Below, one piece after another: positions 17,460 through 25,371 of a stretch of 30,217 nt of DNA. How positions within the stretch are numbered: position 1 is the stretch's first letter; the number at the start of each line of letters is the position of its first letter. Made by a program: the position numbers and the translations under genes. The stretch is from a virus (taxonomy: Duplodnaviria > Caudoviricetes). The notes under the pieces were generated by a model. It was not told the DNA's origin, did not search any database, and worked only from the letters and a program-made list of their open reading frames with translations. The DNA lies in IMG/VR virus record IMGVR_UViG_3300011335_000573, positions 1 to 30,217 of that record; one strand, 5' to 3'.

Positions 17460-17495
17460 CAACACCTTGCACGCTCAGAGGCTAGCCGTTACCTG
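17460..17495 (+). promoter_or_regulatory. Promoter candidate for the replication operon (third member of the CAACMCCTTGCAC family)
   Basis: CAACACC-TTGCAC-N17-TACCTG, with GGCTAGCC in the spacer. Related to the copies at 24420 and 26535. Confidence 0.5.
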
Positions 17496-17511
17496 CGTGG
17501 AGGAGGCATCC

Positions 17512-18108
17512 ATGAAGGTTCTCGTCGCATGTGAGTACAGCGGGACAGTCCGCGATGCGTTCATCGCAGCAGGGCACGATGCCATGTCGTGCGATCTTCT
17601 TCCGACCGACGCACCTGGTCCGCACTACCAAGGCGACGTGACCAACATCTTAGGCGACGGGTGGGACTTGATGGTGGCGCACCCTCCCTGCACCTACCTC
17701 TCGGTCAGCGGTATGCACTGGACCACGCGGGGTCTGCGTGATCCCAAGCTGACGGAGGATGCGCTCGCCTTCGTGCGACTTCTTATGGATGCACCCATCC
17801 CGCGCATCGCCATCGAGAATCCGGTCAGCGTGATCTCCTCGCGCATCCGCAAGCCCGACCAGATCATCCAGCCGCATGAGTACGGTCACGACGCATCAAA
17901 GAAGACGTGCCTCTGGCTGAAGGGACTCCCTCTCCTCGTTCCGACTCAGCATGTCGAGCCACGCATCGTCAACGGTCGCAAGCGGTGGGGCAATCAGTGT
18001 GACTCTGGACAGAACAAGCTCGGTCCCAGCGATGACCGCTGGAAGATCCGCAGCGAAACCTTTACCGGAATTGCGGCTGCGATGGCCGCGCAATGGGGTG
18101 CAGTATGA
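17512..18108 (+). CDS. Short phage DNA cytosine-C5 methyltransferase-like protein
   Basis: ATG at 17512 after GGAGGAGG. Contains 'MKVLVACEYSG', catalytic 'AHPPCT', 'IENPV', 'KKTCLW' and 'RSETFTGIAAAMAAQWG'. Confidence 0.8.
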   Translation: MKVLVACEYSGTVRDAFIAAGHDAMSCDLLPTDAPGPHYQGDVTNILGDGWDLMVAHPPCTYLSVSGMHWTTRGLRDPKLTEDALAFVRLLMDAPIPRIAIENPVSVISSRIRKPDQIIQPHEYGHDASKKTCLWLKGLPLLVPTQHVEPRIVNGRKRWGNQCDSGQNKLGPSDDRWKIRSETFTGIAAAMAAQWGAV

Positions 18109-18614
18109 TCGTCGTAGGTATCGACCCTGGTCTGCACGGTGGCATCGTCGCCCTGCGTGGAGACGAAGTACTGCACCGCTGGTCGGCAGATGACCCGATG
18201 TCCCCCTACGTGCTGCGGGGCAACGTCATCCCCAGCATCGTGCGCGAGTACCTGATGCTCGCTCGCGCAGAAGCTCATGCAACGGGCGAGGTCTTCCGTG
18301 TCGTGGTCGAGGAGCAGCAGACACGACCGATGGAGGGTCGTGTCGGCGCGTTCAACTGCGGGAAGAACTGGGGCCGCATCCTCGGGGTCTGCCACGACAT
18401 CCCGGTGATGGAGGTCAGCCCTGCCGTGTGGTCCCGCGCCATCCTCGGCACGCCTCCCGCTGGTGGGTGGCATGGTGCTGAGAAGAAGGACGCCGCCATC
18501 GCCTTGGTTAGGACACGCCTGCCCGCACTTTCTCTACAGAATGGTCGCAGCCGCAAGCCGCACGACGGACTTGCCGACGCAGCCTGCCTTGCTATGTGGG
18601 GCCAGTCGCAGTGA
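18105..18614 (+). CDS. RuvC-like Holliday junction resolvase
   Basis: ATG at 18105 (ATGA overlap). Contains 'VGIDPGLHGG', 'VVVEEQ', 'VSPAVW' and 'HDGLADAACLA'. Confidence 0.85.
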   Translation: MIVVGIDPGLHGGIVALRGDEVLHRWSADDPMSPYVLRGNVIPSIVREYLMLARAEAHATGEVFRVVVEEQQTRPMEGRVGAFNCGKNWGRILGVCHDIPVMEVSPAVWSRAILGTPPAGGWHGAEKKDAAIALVRTRLPALSLQNGRSRKPHDGLADAACLAMWGQSQ

Positions 18615-18718
18615 TGGACTCTCTCCCCATCGTCGCGACTATGGCGGGGTCGCTGGAGTACGGGTCTGTGGTGGTCCCGCCAGCGGCACCCGCCTCTCTC
18701 ATGGCAGGTGCAGCATGA
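18614..18718 (+). CDS. Possible 34-aa coupling ORF containing a strong hairpin
   Basis: MDSLPIVATMAGSLEYGSVVVPPAAPASLMAGAA. It starts within the RuvC stop (TGATG) and ends within the primase start (ATGA). Confidence 0.35.
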   Translation: MDSLPIVATMAGSLEYGSVVVPPAAPASLMAGAA

Positions 18719-19740
18719 CGTGGCTCGACCAGGCGCGTGAGCTTCGCGCTGATGCCGTCGTTGCTGCGATGCCGGGAGTGGACGTGCGCCGTCGAGGCTT
18801 CGGTCCTTGTCCGTGGTGTGCTGCCACGACGCGCAGCTCCAAGGACAAGCGGCCTCCCGTCATGTGGCATAAGAACGGGGAGACGTGCAAGTGCGTCTAC
18901 TGCGGCGTCTACGGAGGTGGGCTCTGGGTAGCGGCTGGACTCGTCTTCGGTCGTGGCCCCCGCACCGGGGATAACTGGCGACCCGTGCGAGACTGGCTCG
19001 CGAGCGTGTCGCTGGTCGAGGTCGATGATGCGTCAACTATTCGACCGCATCGAATGGTTGCCCGTCGTCCCTCACCTGTAGTGGTAGAGGATCTCCAGCC
19101 GCCTCCCGCTAGCGAGGTAGCGGACTTCCTACGTGAACACGCACGTCCTGTTGAACGCTCACCATCGGTCGCAGCCTACCTCGCTTCGCGCAGCATCCCT
19201 GCCGACGCACCATGCGCCGCCCTGGTCACGACCGAGATGGACTGGCCGGACTGGTGGTCGTGGGGCACCGAGTACCCGCTCGCAGTCGGCGGCTACGACG
19301 GGCACGGGAAGCTTCGCTCCGTCCACGCTCGCGCCATCCGCGAGGACGTGAAGGGGAAGACCAGGTGGCCACGCGGATACGCTGCGGGCTGGCTCTTCCT
19401 CGACCCGTGGAAGGCTCGCCCTATGCTGGAAGGCAAGGACACCGAGGTCGAGCGCATCATCATCGTCGAGGGGCTGACGGACTACCTTGCCGTCGCAGCC
19501 CACGCGAGGCACGATACACGGCTCGCAGTCATCGGCGGCACGGCAGGTTCGTGGCGTCTACTCGGAGACGCACGCTTGCCCCCTCGCTCTACCGTTTACA
19601 TCGCGACCGACAACGACCCGACAGGCGACAAGTACGCCGCGGAGATTGCAACGGTCCTCGCTCACCACGACTGTAGGCGCGTTCACCTCACGCAGCCTGC
19701 GGAAACCACCACCACCACAGGAGAGAACGTCAATGTCTGA
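18715..19740 (+). CDS. Primase (N-terminal Zn finger plus TOPRIM domain)
   Basis: Start re-assigned to the ATG at 18715 (MTWLDQ...). Zn finger 'CPWC...CKCVYC', 'AYLASRSI', and TOPRIM motifs 'IIIVEGLTDYL' and 'IATDNDPTGDKYA'. Confidence 0.85.
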   Translation: MTWLDQARELRADAVVAAMPGVDVRRRGFGPCPWCAATTRSSKDKRPPVMWHKNGETCKCVYCGVYGGGLWVAAGLVFGRGPRTGDNWRPVRDWLASVSLVEVDDASTIRPHRMVARRPSPVVVEDLQPPPASEVADFLREHARPVERSPSVAAYLASRSIPADAPCAALVTTEMDWPDWWSWGTEYPLAVGGYDGHGKLRSVHARAIREDVKGKTRWPRGYAAGWLFLDPWKARPMLEGKDTEVERIIIVEGLTDYLAVAAHARHDTRLAVIGGTAGSWRLLGDARLPPRSTVYIATDNDPTGDKYAAEIATVLAHHDCRRVHLTQPAETTTTTGENVNV

Positions 19741-22006
19741 AGACCTTGGAGCACGCCTAGCAGGCGGGGCTCGCCTCGATGACCTGCTCAACCAGAGCGT
19801 GGATGCACGCGACCTCGGCAACCAGAAGACGCGCACCAAGCTCGCAGCCTGGTCGGTCGCAGCCATGCGCGAGTGGGCAGGCCACCTCGACGGCATCGGA
19901 CCTCGCGAGGCACAGGCCCAGTGGACGACGCTCGCCACCCAGAAGCAGTTCATCCTCGGACTCGCGTGTCAGTACGTCGAGGACCAGAACGCGCTCACGC
20001 GGGACATCCTCGCGGTGCAGATGCGGCAGGGCTACCGCAAGTGGGGCGAGACGCTCATGCGTCAGCTCCGCATTGAGGCAGACGCCGTCAAGCGTGCAGC
20101 TCGACGTGACGGGGCAGGCAAGCCGTCGCAGGGTAGGCGCATCGTCTCCCTGCTGGAGCGCGTCGAGGACCAGCTTGCCGACATCAAGGAAGGGCTCGAC
20201 CTCCCCGAAGACCTGAGCGTCCCGGTAGGCTGGCGGCTCAACTCTGGTGGCATCTGGCGTGTACAGGTGGACGGGCAAGGCGAGGAGCAGAGCGAGAACA
20301 TCTGCCGCGTGCCGATGCTGATCACCGGGATCCTCCGCGACTCCAGCGGCGAGGGTAGCCAGGTCATCATCCGGTGGCGCAGCCGTGGAACGTGGCGCAG
20401 CTACGTCACCGACCGGAAGACGGTAGCCATCGCGCGTTCGCTGGCTGAGCTGGCGCAGTACGACATGCCCGTCTCGTCGCAGTCAGCCCCGCAGCTCGTC
20501 GGCTGGTTCGAGGCGTTCATGGTAGCGAACGATAGCTCGATCCCGGAGGCGCGCGTGTCCTCGCACCTTGGGTGGCAGGGCACGAACGACTTCCTCTGGG
20601 GCAAGCACCGCATCACCATCGACGGGGTCGAGAGCGCAGCCCTTGACGGCAACAAGTGGGACGACGAGGGGCTCCACCTCAACACGCACAAGCCTGGGGC
20701 AGCGGCAACCGCCAGCGGCTACCGGGAGAGCGGCGACTGGGAGACGTGGAAGGCTCTCGTCTCGAACCTTACCGGACATCCTCGCTTCGGTCTGCTCATC
20801 TACGCCAGCCTCGCCGCGCCCATCCTGCGCTGCCTGCCGGAGGCTCCAAACTTCTGCCTCGACCTCGCCGGGGAGACTTCGCGTGGGAAGACAACGGCCC
20901 TGCGCCTCGCGGCTAGCGTCTGGGGGCTCCCCTCCGAGCGCGACGGTGGCCTCATCTGGTCGTGGGATGCCACGCCCACCTGGATCGAGCGTACCGCAGC
21001 CATGTGCTGCGACCTTCCCCTCATCCTCGATGACTCGAAGCGTGCGAAGCCTGAGCGCGTGTCGGGTATCGTCTACTCGGTCGCGCAGGGTGTAGGTCGA
21101 GGGCGTGGCACCATCGCAGGCCAGCAGGAGATGTCCCGGTGGCGTACCGTGCTCATCTCCACGGGTGAAGCACCGCTCACCCACTACGCGACCGAAGGTG
21201 GGGCGTCGGCGCGTATCCTCTCGATGTGGGGTAGCCCCTTCCGTAACGACGGCACCGACCACGGGCGGGCGGCACGGTCCATCGCGCGCACCTGCCATGA
21301 ACACTACGGGCACCTTGGCCCACGCATCGTGCAGATGCTGATGGACCAGGATGTCGTGGCTGCGTGCAAGACTGAGTACTACGACGCCGTGGACAAGTGG
21401 TCGAAGCTGATGGCTGGCTCGCCCGTAGGCGCACGCCTTGCTCAGTACCTCGGCGTCCTCAGCGTGGCAGAGTTCCTGTACCTGCGTGCAGGCATGCCCG
21501 CGTTCGTGAGCACGCCCCTGGGTGAAGCCTACTCGGTCCTCCGCACCAGCATCATGGCGTCCGACCGCGCCGCGTCGGCGGTTATCGACCTGACCAACTG
21601 GGCAGCGAGCGAGACGCCTCAGCACATCGCGCGCGGGGATGAACTTGAGCCTCCGCTGTCCTGCTATGGCAAGTGGTCCGGGTACGGGGAGGACGGGCGC
21701 GGGTGGGATACCTGCTACATCCTGTACCGTGTGGCGAAGGACAACCTGACCAAGATGGGGTACGACGCCGCCGCCATCCTCTCCACCTGGTCGGAGCGCG
21801 GGTGGATCCTCACCGACAAGGGCACCACCAGCCCGACGAAGACGGCGATGATGCCTCGCTCGCGTATGAGCGCGCGCTTCGTGGCCATCAAGCGGGACGG
21901 GTACGACAAGGCGCACCACGTCCAGACCGAGGACTTGGAGCGGGAGACGCGCGCCGAGCTGAAGCGCAAGCAGGAAGAGCTTGAGCAGGCGGGGCTCTGG
22001 GGTTAG
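19733..22006 (+). CDS. DUF927-domain replicative helicase (Cch-like)
   Basis: ATG at 19733 after AGGAG; 757 aa. DUF927-type region with 'HLGW', Walker A 'GETSRGKTT', Walker B 'LILDD', 'WRTVLISTGE' and 'HYGHLG'. Confidence 0.85.
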   Translation: MSEDLGARLAGGARLDDLLNQSVDARDLGNQKTRTKLAAWSVAAMREWAGHLDGIGPREAQAQWTTLATQKQFILGLACQYVEDQNALTRDILAVQMRQGYRKWGETLMRQLRIEADAVKRAARRDGAGKPSQGRRIVSLLERVEDQLADIKEGLDLPEDLSVPVGWRLNSGGIWRVQVDGQGEEQSENICRVPMLITGILRDSSGEGSQVIIRWRSRGTWRSYVTDRKTVAIARSLAELAQYDMPVSSQSAPQLVGWFEAFMVANDSSIPEARVSSHLGWQGTNDFLWGKHRITIDGVESAALDGNKWDDEGLHLNTHKPGAAATASGYRESGDWETWKALVSNLTGHPRFGLLIYASLAAPILRCLPEAPNFCLDLAGETSRGKTTALRLAASVWGLPSERDGGLIWSWDATPTWIERTAAMCCDLPLILDDSKRAKPERVSGIVYSVAQGVGRGRGTIAGQQEMSRWRTVLISTGEAPLTHYATEGGASARILSMWGSPFRNDGTDHGRAARSIARTCHEHYGHLGPRIVQMLMDQDVVAACKTEYYDAVDKWSKLMAGSPVGARLAQYLGVLSVAEFLYLRAGMPAFVSTPLGEAYSVLRTSIMASDRAASAVIDLTNWAASETPQHIARGDELEPPLSCYGKWSGYGEDGRGWDTCYILYRVAKDNLTKMGYDAAAILSTWSERGWILTDKGTTSPTKTAMMPRSRMSARFVAIKRDGYDKAHHVQTEDLERETRAELKRKQEELEQAGLWG

Positions 22007-22047
22007 TGGTCTAGGCCGCTGGCTCTGGAACCCCTCCAGCAACGGCA

Positions 22048-22083
22048 AAGCCCCGGTCTGGCAATGGTGCTAGACCGGGGCTT
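22048..22083. terminator. Bidirectional terminator hairpin between convergent operons
   Basis: AAGCCCCGGTCTGGCA-ATGG-TGCTAGACCGGGGCTT forms a 16-bp stem with one G-T, with short A and T runs at its ends. Confidence 0.8.
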
Positions 22084-22096
22084 CTACTATCTGATG

Positions 22097-22414
22097 CTAT
22101 CGTTCGTCGGATAGTTGGCAGTAGCGGACGGGGATGGACTGCCTGCCCCACGCGCGGGCCTCGTCCTCTGTCGCGACCAGGATGTCGAGCTCGTCGCGCC
22201 TATCGATGGCACCACCTCGGTCCTCGACCACCATGCGCTGCCACCGCTGGTCGATCACGGCTTCGAGGCACGTCCCGAAGGGCCAGTGCTTCGACGCAGC
22301 CACGACCAGAGCGCGCGGGTCACGCTCGACGCCGGAAGCCACGACACCCGTGCAGCCTTCGCAGGTACGCACGTATGCCGTGGCCACCATCGTCCAGACG
22401 AGCGCGCTACCCAC
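22097..22414 (-). CDS. 3D-domain (double-psi beta-barrel, MltA/RlpA-like) protein
   Basis: Contains 'ATAY', 'VVAAS...PFGT', 'VEDRGGAI', 'LDILV' and 'ARAWGRQ', the 3D (Asp-Asp-Asp) domain pattern. Confidence 0.8.
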   Translation of the reverse strand: MGSALVWTMVATAYVRTCEGCTGVVASGVERDPRALVVAASKHWPFGTCLEAVIDQRWQRMVVEDRGGAIDRRDELDILVATEDEARAWGRQSIPVRYCQLSDER

Positions 22415-22592
22415 TGTCCTCTGCCTCTAGATGCGTGCCGCGCTCGATCTCATAGGCCAGGTCACTTGCAGCCTCCGACATGTGGAGACAGCGCACCTGC
22501 CACCTAGTGTTGTCAGTCGCGCGGGCTGCGTTCTCGTATCGCTCAGCCTCGCGGCGCAAGAACTCTACCACCGCTGCGCGCTCGTCCATCAC
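22407..22592 (-). CDS. Small protein of the ERAAVVxxLR...IERGxH family
   Basis: 61 aa. Shares its N- and C-terminal motifs with the genes at 28810 and 29270. Confidence 0.7.
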   Translation of the reverse strand: MMDERAAVVEFLRREAERYENAARATDNTRWQVRCLHMSEAASDLAYEIERGTHLEAEDSG

Positions 22593-22819
22593 TCACCGTC
22601 CAGTAGAGCGCGCGCCGCGCTCTTACGTTCCGCGCGCACAGCGTCAGCCTCCCGGCGGGAGCCGATGACGGCGTAGGCTTCCCGCGCGAGGAGCGAGCGG
22701 ACCCACGCCTGGGTCGGGAGGCCCGCCGCCTGTGCGGCTTCGTGGAAGAGGTCGCGCTCTGCGTCCGTCACCTGAATGACGAGTTGCTTCGGGCGCGTAC
22801 GGTGTTGGGTCAGGTTCAT
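22589..22819 (-). CDS. Ribbon-helix-helix (MobC/antitoxin-like) DNA-binding protein
   Basis: 'KQLVIQVTDAERDLFHEAAQAAGLPTQAWVRSLL' fits a beta-alpha-alpha RHH pattern. Confidence 0.7.
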   Translation of the reverse strand: MNLTQHRTRPKQLVIQVTDAERDLFHEAAQAAGLPTQAWVRSLLAREAYAVIGSRREADAVRAERKSAARALLDGE

Positions 22820-23046
22820 GCTTCGTCCTCCTCGTCGGTCGCGGCCAGTTCACGCAGCATTCCAACCGCGCCTTCGAGCATGTCGATAGCCGTCTCAGCG
22901 TCACAATAGCCCTGCTCGTCGGCTTCGAGGCAGAGCGCGGCGTAGAGCACGACCTGGCGGATCACCGCCACCTTGTCGCGCTCGGTCGGGTCAATCGTGA
23001 ACGTGATCGAGGTCGAGGGTCCGACCGTGGGAATGGTGGTGTTCAT
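22816..23046 (-). CDS. Acidic hypothetical protein
   Basis: 76 aa, with ATGA overlaps on both sides and a GAGGAG RBS. Confidence 0.65.
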   Translation of the reverse strand: MNTTIPTVGPSTSITFTIDPTERDKVAVIRQVVLYAALCLEADEQGYCDAETAIDMLEGAVGMLRELAATDEEDEA

Positions 23047-23228
23047 GCTTCTCCTCTCTGGTTGTAGCGGGTGATCGCGCGCGACACTTCGAGGTACGCG
23101 CGCGCCTTCTCAGTGTTCCCCCGGATGGCTTCGGCAAGCGCAAGCGTGGCCGCTACGCCGGGATCGCGCGTGTCGAACAGGCGGGTAAGCTCGGCGGGTC
23201 CGAGCACGGTGAGCGTATCGAGTCGCAC
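23043..23228 (-). CDS. Hypothetical protein
   Basis: GTG at 23228 overlaps the upstream TAG and follows a GGGGAG RBS. 61 aa (MRLDTLTVLG...). Confidence 0.55.
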   Translation of the reverse strand: MRLDTLTVLGPAELTRLFDTRDPGVAATLALAEAIRGNTEKARAYLEVSRAITRYNQRGEA

Positions 23229-23476
23229 TAGGGCATCTCCCCATCGTCGTGGTTGCGGGTGGTAGCGTACACGCGGGCGCACAGGTCCATTGCGTGGTCG
23301 CGGTCCTGCGCCTCGCCCTGGATGTGCGGGCGGGTGAGGTCCGACCAGAGCACCTGGTACACCCACATCCCTGAGTACGCGCGGGTCACGTAGAGCGTGG
23401 CATCCTCGCGCCACGCGCACACACCGTCGCAGGTACGCCGCCACCCACTGGTGCGGACGTGATCGTAGTGGGGCAT
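23228..23476 (-). CDS. Hypothetical protein
   Basis: ATG at 23476 after GAGGT. 82 aa (MPHYDHVRTSGW...). Confidence 0.6.
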   Translation of the reverse strand: MPHYDHVRTSGWRRTCDGVCAWREDATLYVTRAYSGMWVYQVLWSDLTRPHIQGEAQDRDHAMDLCARVYATTRNHDDGEMP

Positions 23477-23478
23477 GG

Positions 23479-23739
23479 CTACCTCAGTTGAAAGGGTGCG
23501 AAGTCGCAGGCGTCCCATTCGGGCATGCTCACGACGTAGGCCAGCGCGCGCATTGCGTCGGAGCGACGGCACCACACGCGCCCGTGCCCAGCGAGGAGCA
23601 GAAACACGGGGCGAGGAACGTCCTGGCGCGCGGCCTGCGCCGCCTGCCACCACGTGGACTGTGACGGGGTCGTGGGGTTCGGGTCCACGACGAGGAGGCA
23701 GCGGCCAGCGTCAGCGCGCAGCACGGGTAGCCTCGTCAC
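23479..23739 (-). CDS. Hypothetical protein
   Basis: Fills the operon gap. The start is uncertain (GTG at 23739 or 23724). Confidence 0.5.
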   Translation of the reverse strand: MTRLPVLRADAGRCLLVVDPNPTTPSQSTWWQAAQAARQDVPRPVFLLLAGHGRVWCRRSDAMRALAYVVSMPEWDACDFAPFQLR

Positions 23740-23917
23740 GGTCGTGCTCGTTGAGCAGGGCCTCCAGCGCGTTAGCGTCGGAGCGCATGGCACGCGCGCG
23801 GGCGAGGTCGCGCTCGCGCAGGGTGTAGTCCGTGGCTTCGGTGGCGTACCCGTCGCAGCAGTCGGCGGCGTATCGCATGCCCGCGACTAGGGCGCGGAGC
23901 TTATTCTCAAAGGTCAT
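23711..23917 (-). CDS. Hypothetical helical protein
   Basis: 68 aa with a GGGGAG RBS. Confidence 0.65.
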   Translation of the reverse strand: MTFENKLRALVAGMRYAADCCDGYATEATDYTLRERDLARARAMRSDANALEALLNEHDRDEATRAAR

Positions 23918-23955
23918 AGTCTCTCCCCGTGGTGATTGTGGTTGTCGTGCTCGGT

Positions 23956-24016
23956 GCTAGACCGACTCAGATACTGCACGCGCGTAGTGCGTGTGCAGTA
24001 CCTGCGGCGAGCTAGC
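23956..24016 (-). repeat. Conserved structured intergenic element, copy C
   Basis: Minus strand: GCTAGCTCG-CCG-CAGGTACTGCACACGC-ACTAC-GCGCGTGCAGTATCTG-AGT-CGGTCTAGC. Includes the stop of the 24012-24365 gene. Confidence 0.85.
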
Positions 24017-24365
24017 TATCGAGGGTGCGCGCAGCCTGGAGCATGCGCTGATAGTTACCGTCCATGCCCGCCTCGTCGGCGAGGTCGGCGTCGACCTTCG
24101 CGAATACGGGCATGCTGACTGCGACGGAGTTAGCCGCGCGGACTGCGTCGAGGTGCGGAGTCTGCGTGTCGTTCAGAACGCGGGCGACCAGGTGAGCGCG
24201 CACCTCAGCGGGTGCGACCACGACGAGCTGCGAGCGCGCGATCTGCTCCGCTTCGTTATGGTCGTCGGCGCGGACGAGGATGGCTTCGCTGCCACCATCC
24301 ACGAGGTAGTTACGCTCGCTGCGCGTGTCGCGCGAATGACCGAAGCTGATCAGGTAGTAGTTCAT
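24012..24365 (-). CDS. Hypothetical early protein
   Basis: 117 aa, preceded by an ACGGAGCCCGA leader and its own promoter candidate. Confidence 0.7.
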   Translation of the reverse strand: MNYYLISFGHSRDTRSERNYLVDGGSEAILVRADDHNEAEQIARSQLVVVAPAEVRAHLVARVLNDTQTPHLDAVRAANSVAVSMPVFAKVDADLADEAGMDGNYQRMLQAARTLDS

Positions 24366-24419
24366 AGTATCGGGCTCCGTAGTGAGAGACTGGACAGCGC
24401 ACCGCGCGCCGCCCGTTGT

Positions 24420-24457
24420 GTACTAGCCTTATGGCTAGCCGTGTGCAAGGGGTTGCA
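24420..24457 (-). promoter_or_regulatory. Repeated sigma70-like early promoter, copy 2
   Basis: TGCAACCCC-TTGCAC-ACGGCTAGCCATAAGGC (17 nt)-TAGTAC. Confidence 0.7.
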
Positions 24458-24668
24458 GCGCATTGTACTGCGCATCATGCGCGCGCCGCTTGAGCTGGTA
24501 CGACTCCTGCGAGTGAGGGGAGTAGTCGCTACCCTCCCGCGCGTGCAGCGAGGCAAGGGCCCACCAGGCGCGCGCCTGTGCGTGGTCACCCGCCTGCTCG
24601 CAGGCGATAGCCTTGTCGCGCGCTACCCAGTACTGCGCGAAGCATGAATCCGTGCGTGCTCTATCCAT
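24435..24668 (-). CDS. Hypothetical early protein (helical hairpin)
   Basis: ATG at 24668 after GGAGG. 77 aa (MDRARTDSCF...). Its 3' end overlaps the promoter copy. Confidence 0.65.
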   Translation of the reverse strand: MDRARTDSCFAQYWVARDKAIACEQAGDHAQARAWWALASLHAREGSDYSPHSQESYQLKRRAHDAQYNALQPLAHG

Positions 24669-24709
24669 GTCCGTCCTCCGATCGGTCGAGGTTACGACCA
24701 AGGGGTGAG

Positions 24710-24759
24710 GGGCAGCGCGTGTAAACTAGACGCGCGCTACCCGTAGCCGTGCGGTCTAG
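24710..24759 (-). repeat. Intergenic hairpin; possible degenerate fourth copy of the element
   Basis: Begins CTAGACCG at the upstream stop, as copy B does. A 13-bp stem GGGTAGCGCGCGT/ACACGCGCTGCCC follows, but the AGTCGGYYTAG right arm is missing. Confidence 0.45.
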
Positions 24760-25076
24760 GCTGCAAGCCCCTGCGCGTAGGCTTCGAGCCTCTTAGCGGC
24801 CAGGTCCAGCGCGACGGCCATAGCGTGATCGCTCGGAAGGCTACCGTCCACGGTTGCGGCCATACGGTACCAGGTCGCAGCCTCCCGGTAGCAGGTCGCA
24901 GCGCGGCGGTTGCACTGCGCGGCCAACGTCAGGTTCCCGGCGCGGCTTGCGTCCTCCGCGAAGTCGTCCGCGCGGATACCGTCCGTCTCACGGTACAGGG
25001 CTTCCGTGCGGAGCTGGGAAGCGTGCGTCAGGTAGTAGGGATTCCACGCGGGGATCGTGGTCGTGGTCGTGGGCAT
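24756..25076 (-). CDS. Hypothetical early protein (Ala-rich, helical)
   Basis: 106 aa with an ACGGAGCCCGA leader. Confidence 0.7.
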   Translation of the reverse strand: MPTTTTTIPAWNPYYLTHASQLRTEALYRETDGIRADDFAEDASRAGNLTLAAQCNRRAATCYREAATWYRMAATVDGSLPSDHAMAVALDLAAKRLEAYAQGLAA

Positions 25077-25110
25077 GGTCGGGCTCCGTGTGTGCGCGCG
25101 GGATGCGCGG

Positions 25111-25257
25111 TTAGAACGTGGTCCAATCGAGGGACAGGACGGTAGCGGCCAGGGTGCCGCCGCACACCCATAGGGCCAGGTCCAGGGCCAGCGTGCGGAT
25201 GGTCGTGCGGGTCGTTCCGGGTACGTGCTTCCCGGCGTAGCGTGCGTGTCGTGCCAT
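25111..25257 (-). CDS. Small membrane protein
   Basis: Below the ORF-track size cutoff. Translation is MARHARYAGKHVPGTTRTTIRTLALDLALWVCGGTLAATVLSLDWTTF (48 aa), with a basic N-terminus, a hydrophobic C-terminus and an ACGGAG leader. Confidence 0.6.
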   Translation of the reverse strand: MARHARYAGKHVPGTTRTTIRTLALDLALWVCGGTLAATVLSLDWTTF

Positions 25258-25304
25258 GATTCAGACTCCGTGTAGTGTGTGCCCTTGCGGGCGTGGTTGC
25301 AGCT

Positions 25305-25371
25305 CTAGGCCGACTCCGAAGCCGCGCGGGACGCGTACCCCCCCCCCCGCACGGATCCGGCGGCGGTCTAG
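25305..25371 (-). repeat. Conserved structured intergenic element, copy B
   Basis: Minus strand: CTAGACCG-CCG-CCGGATCCGTGCGGGG-(G7)TACGCG-TCCCGCGCGGCTTCGG-AGT-CGGCCTAG. Includes the stop of the 25368-26156 gene. Confidence 0.85.

Noticed and set aside
20483-22048. 521-aa minus-strand ORF (similarly 16406-17368 and 15750-16445 on the plus strand)
   Set aside because: Antisense to clearly identified genes (helicase, erf, ssb, gp157), with no independent support.
25338-25348. C11 homopolymer as a phase-variation switch
   Set aside because: It lies in the loop of element copy B, outside any CDS or promoter spacer. It may be slippage or a sequencing artefact.
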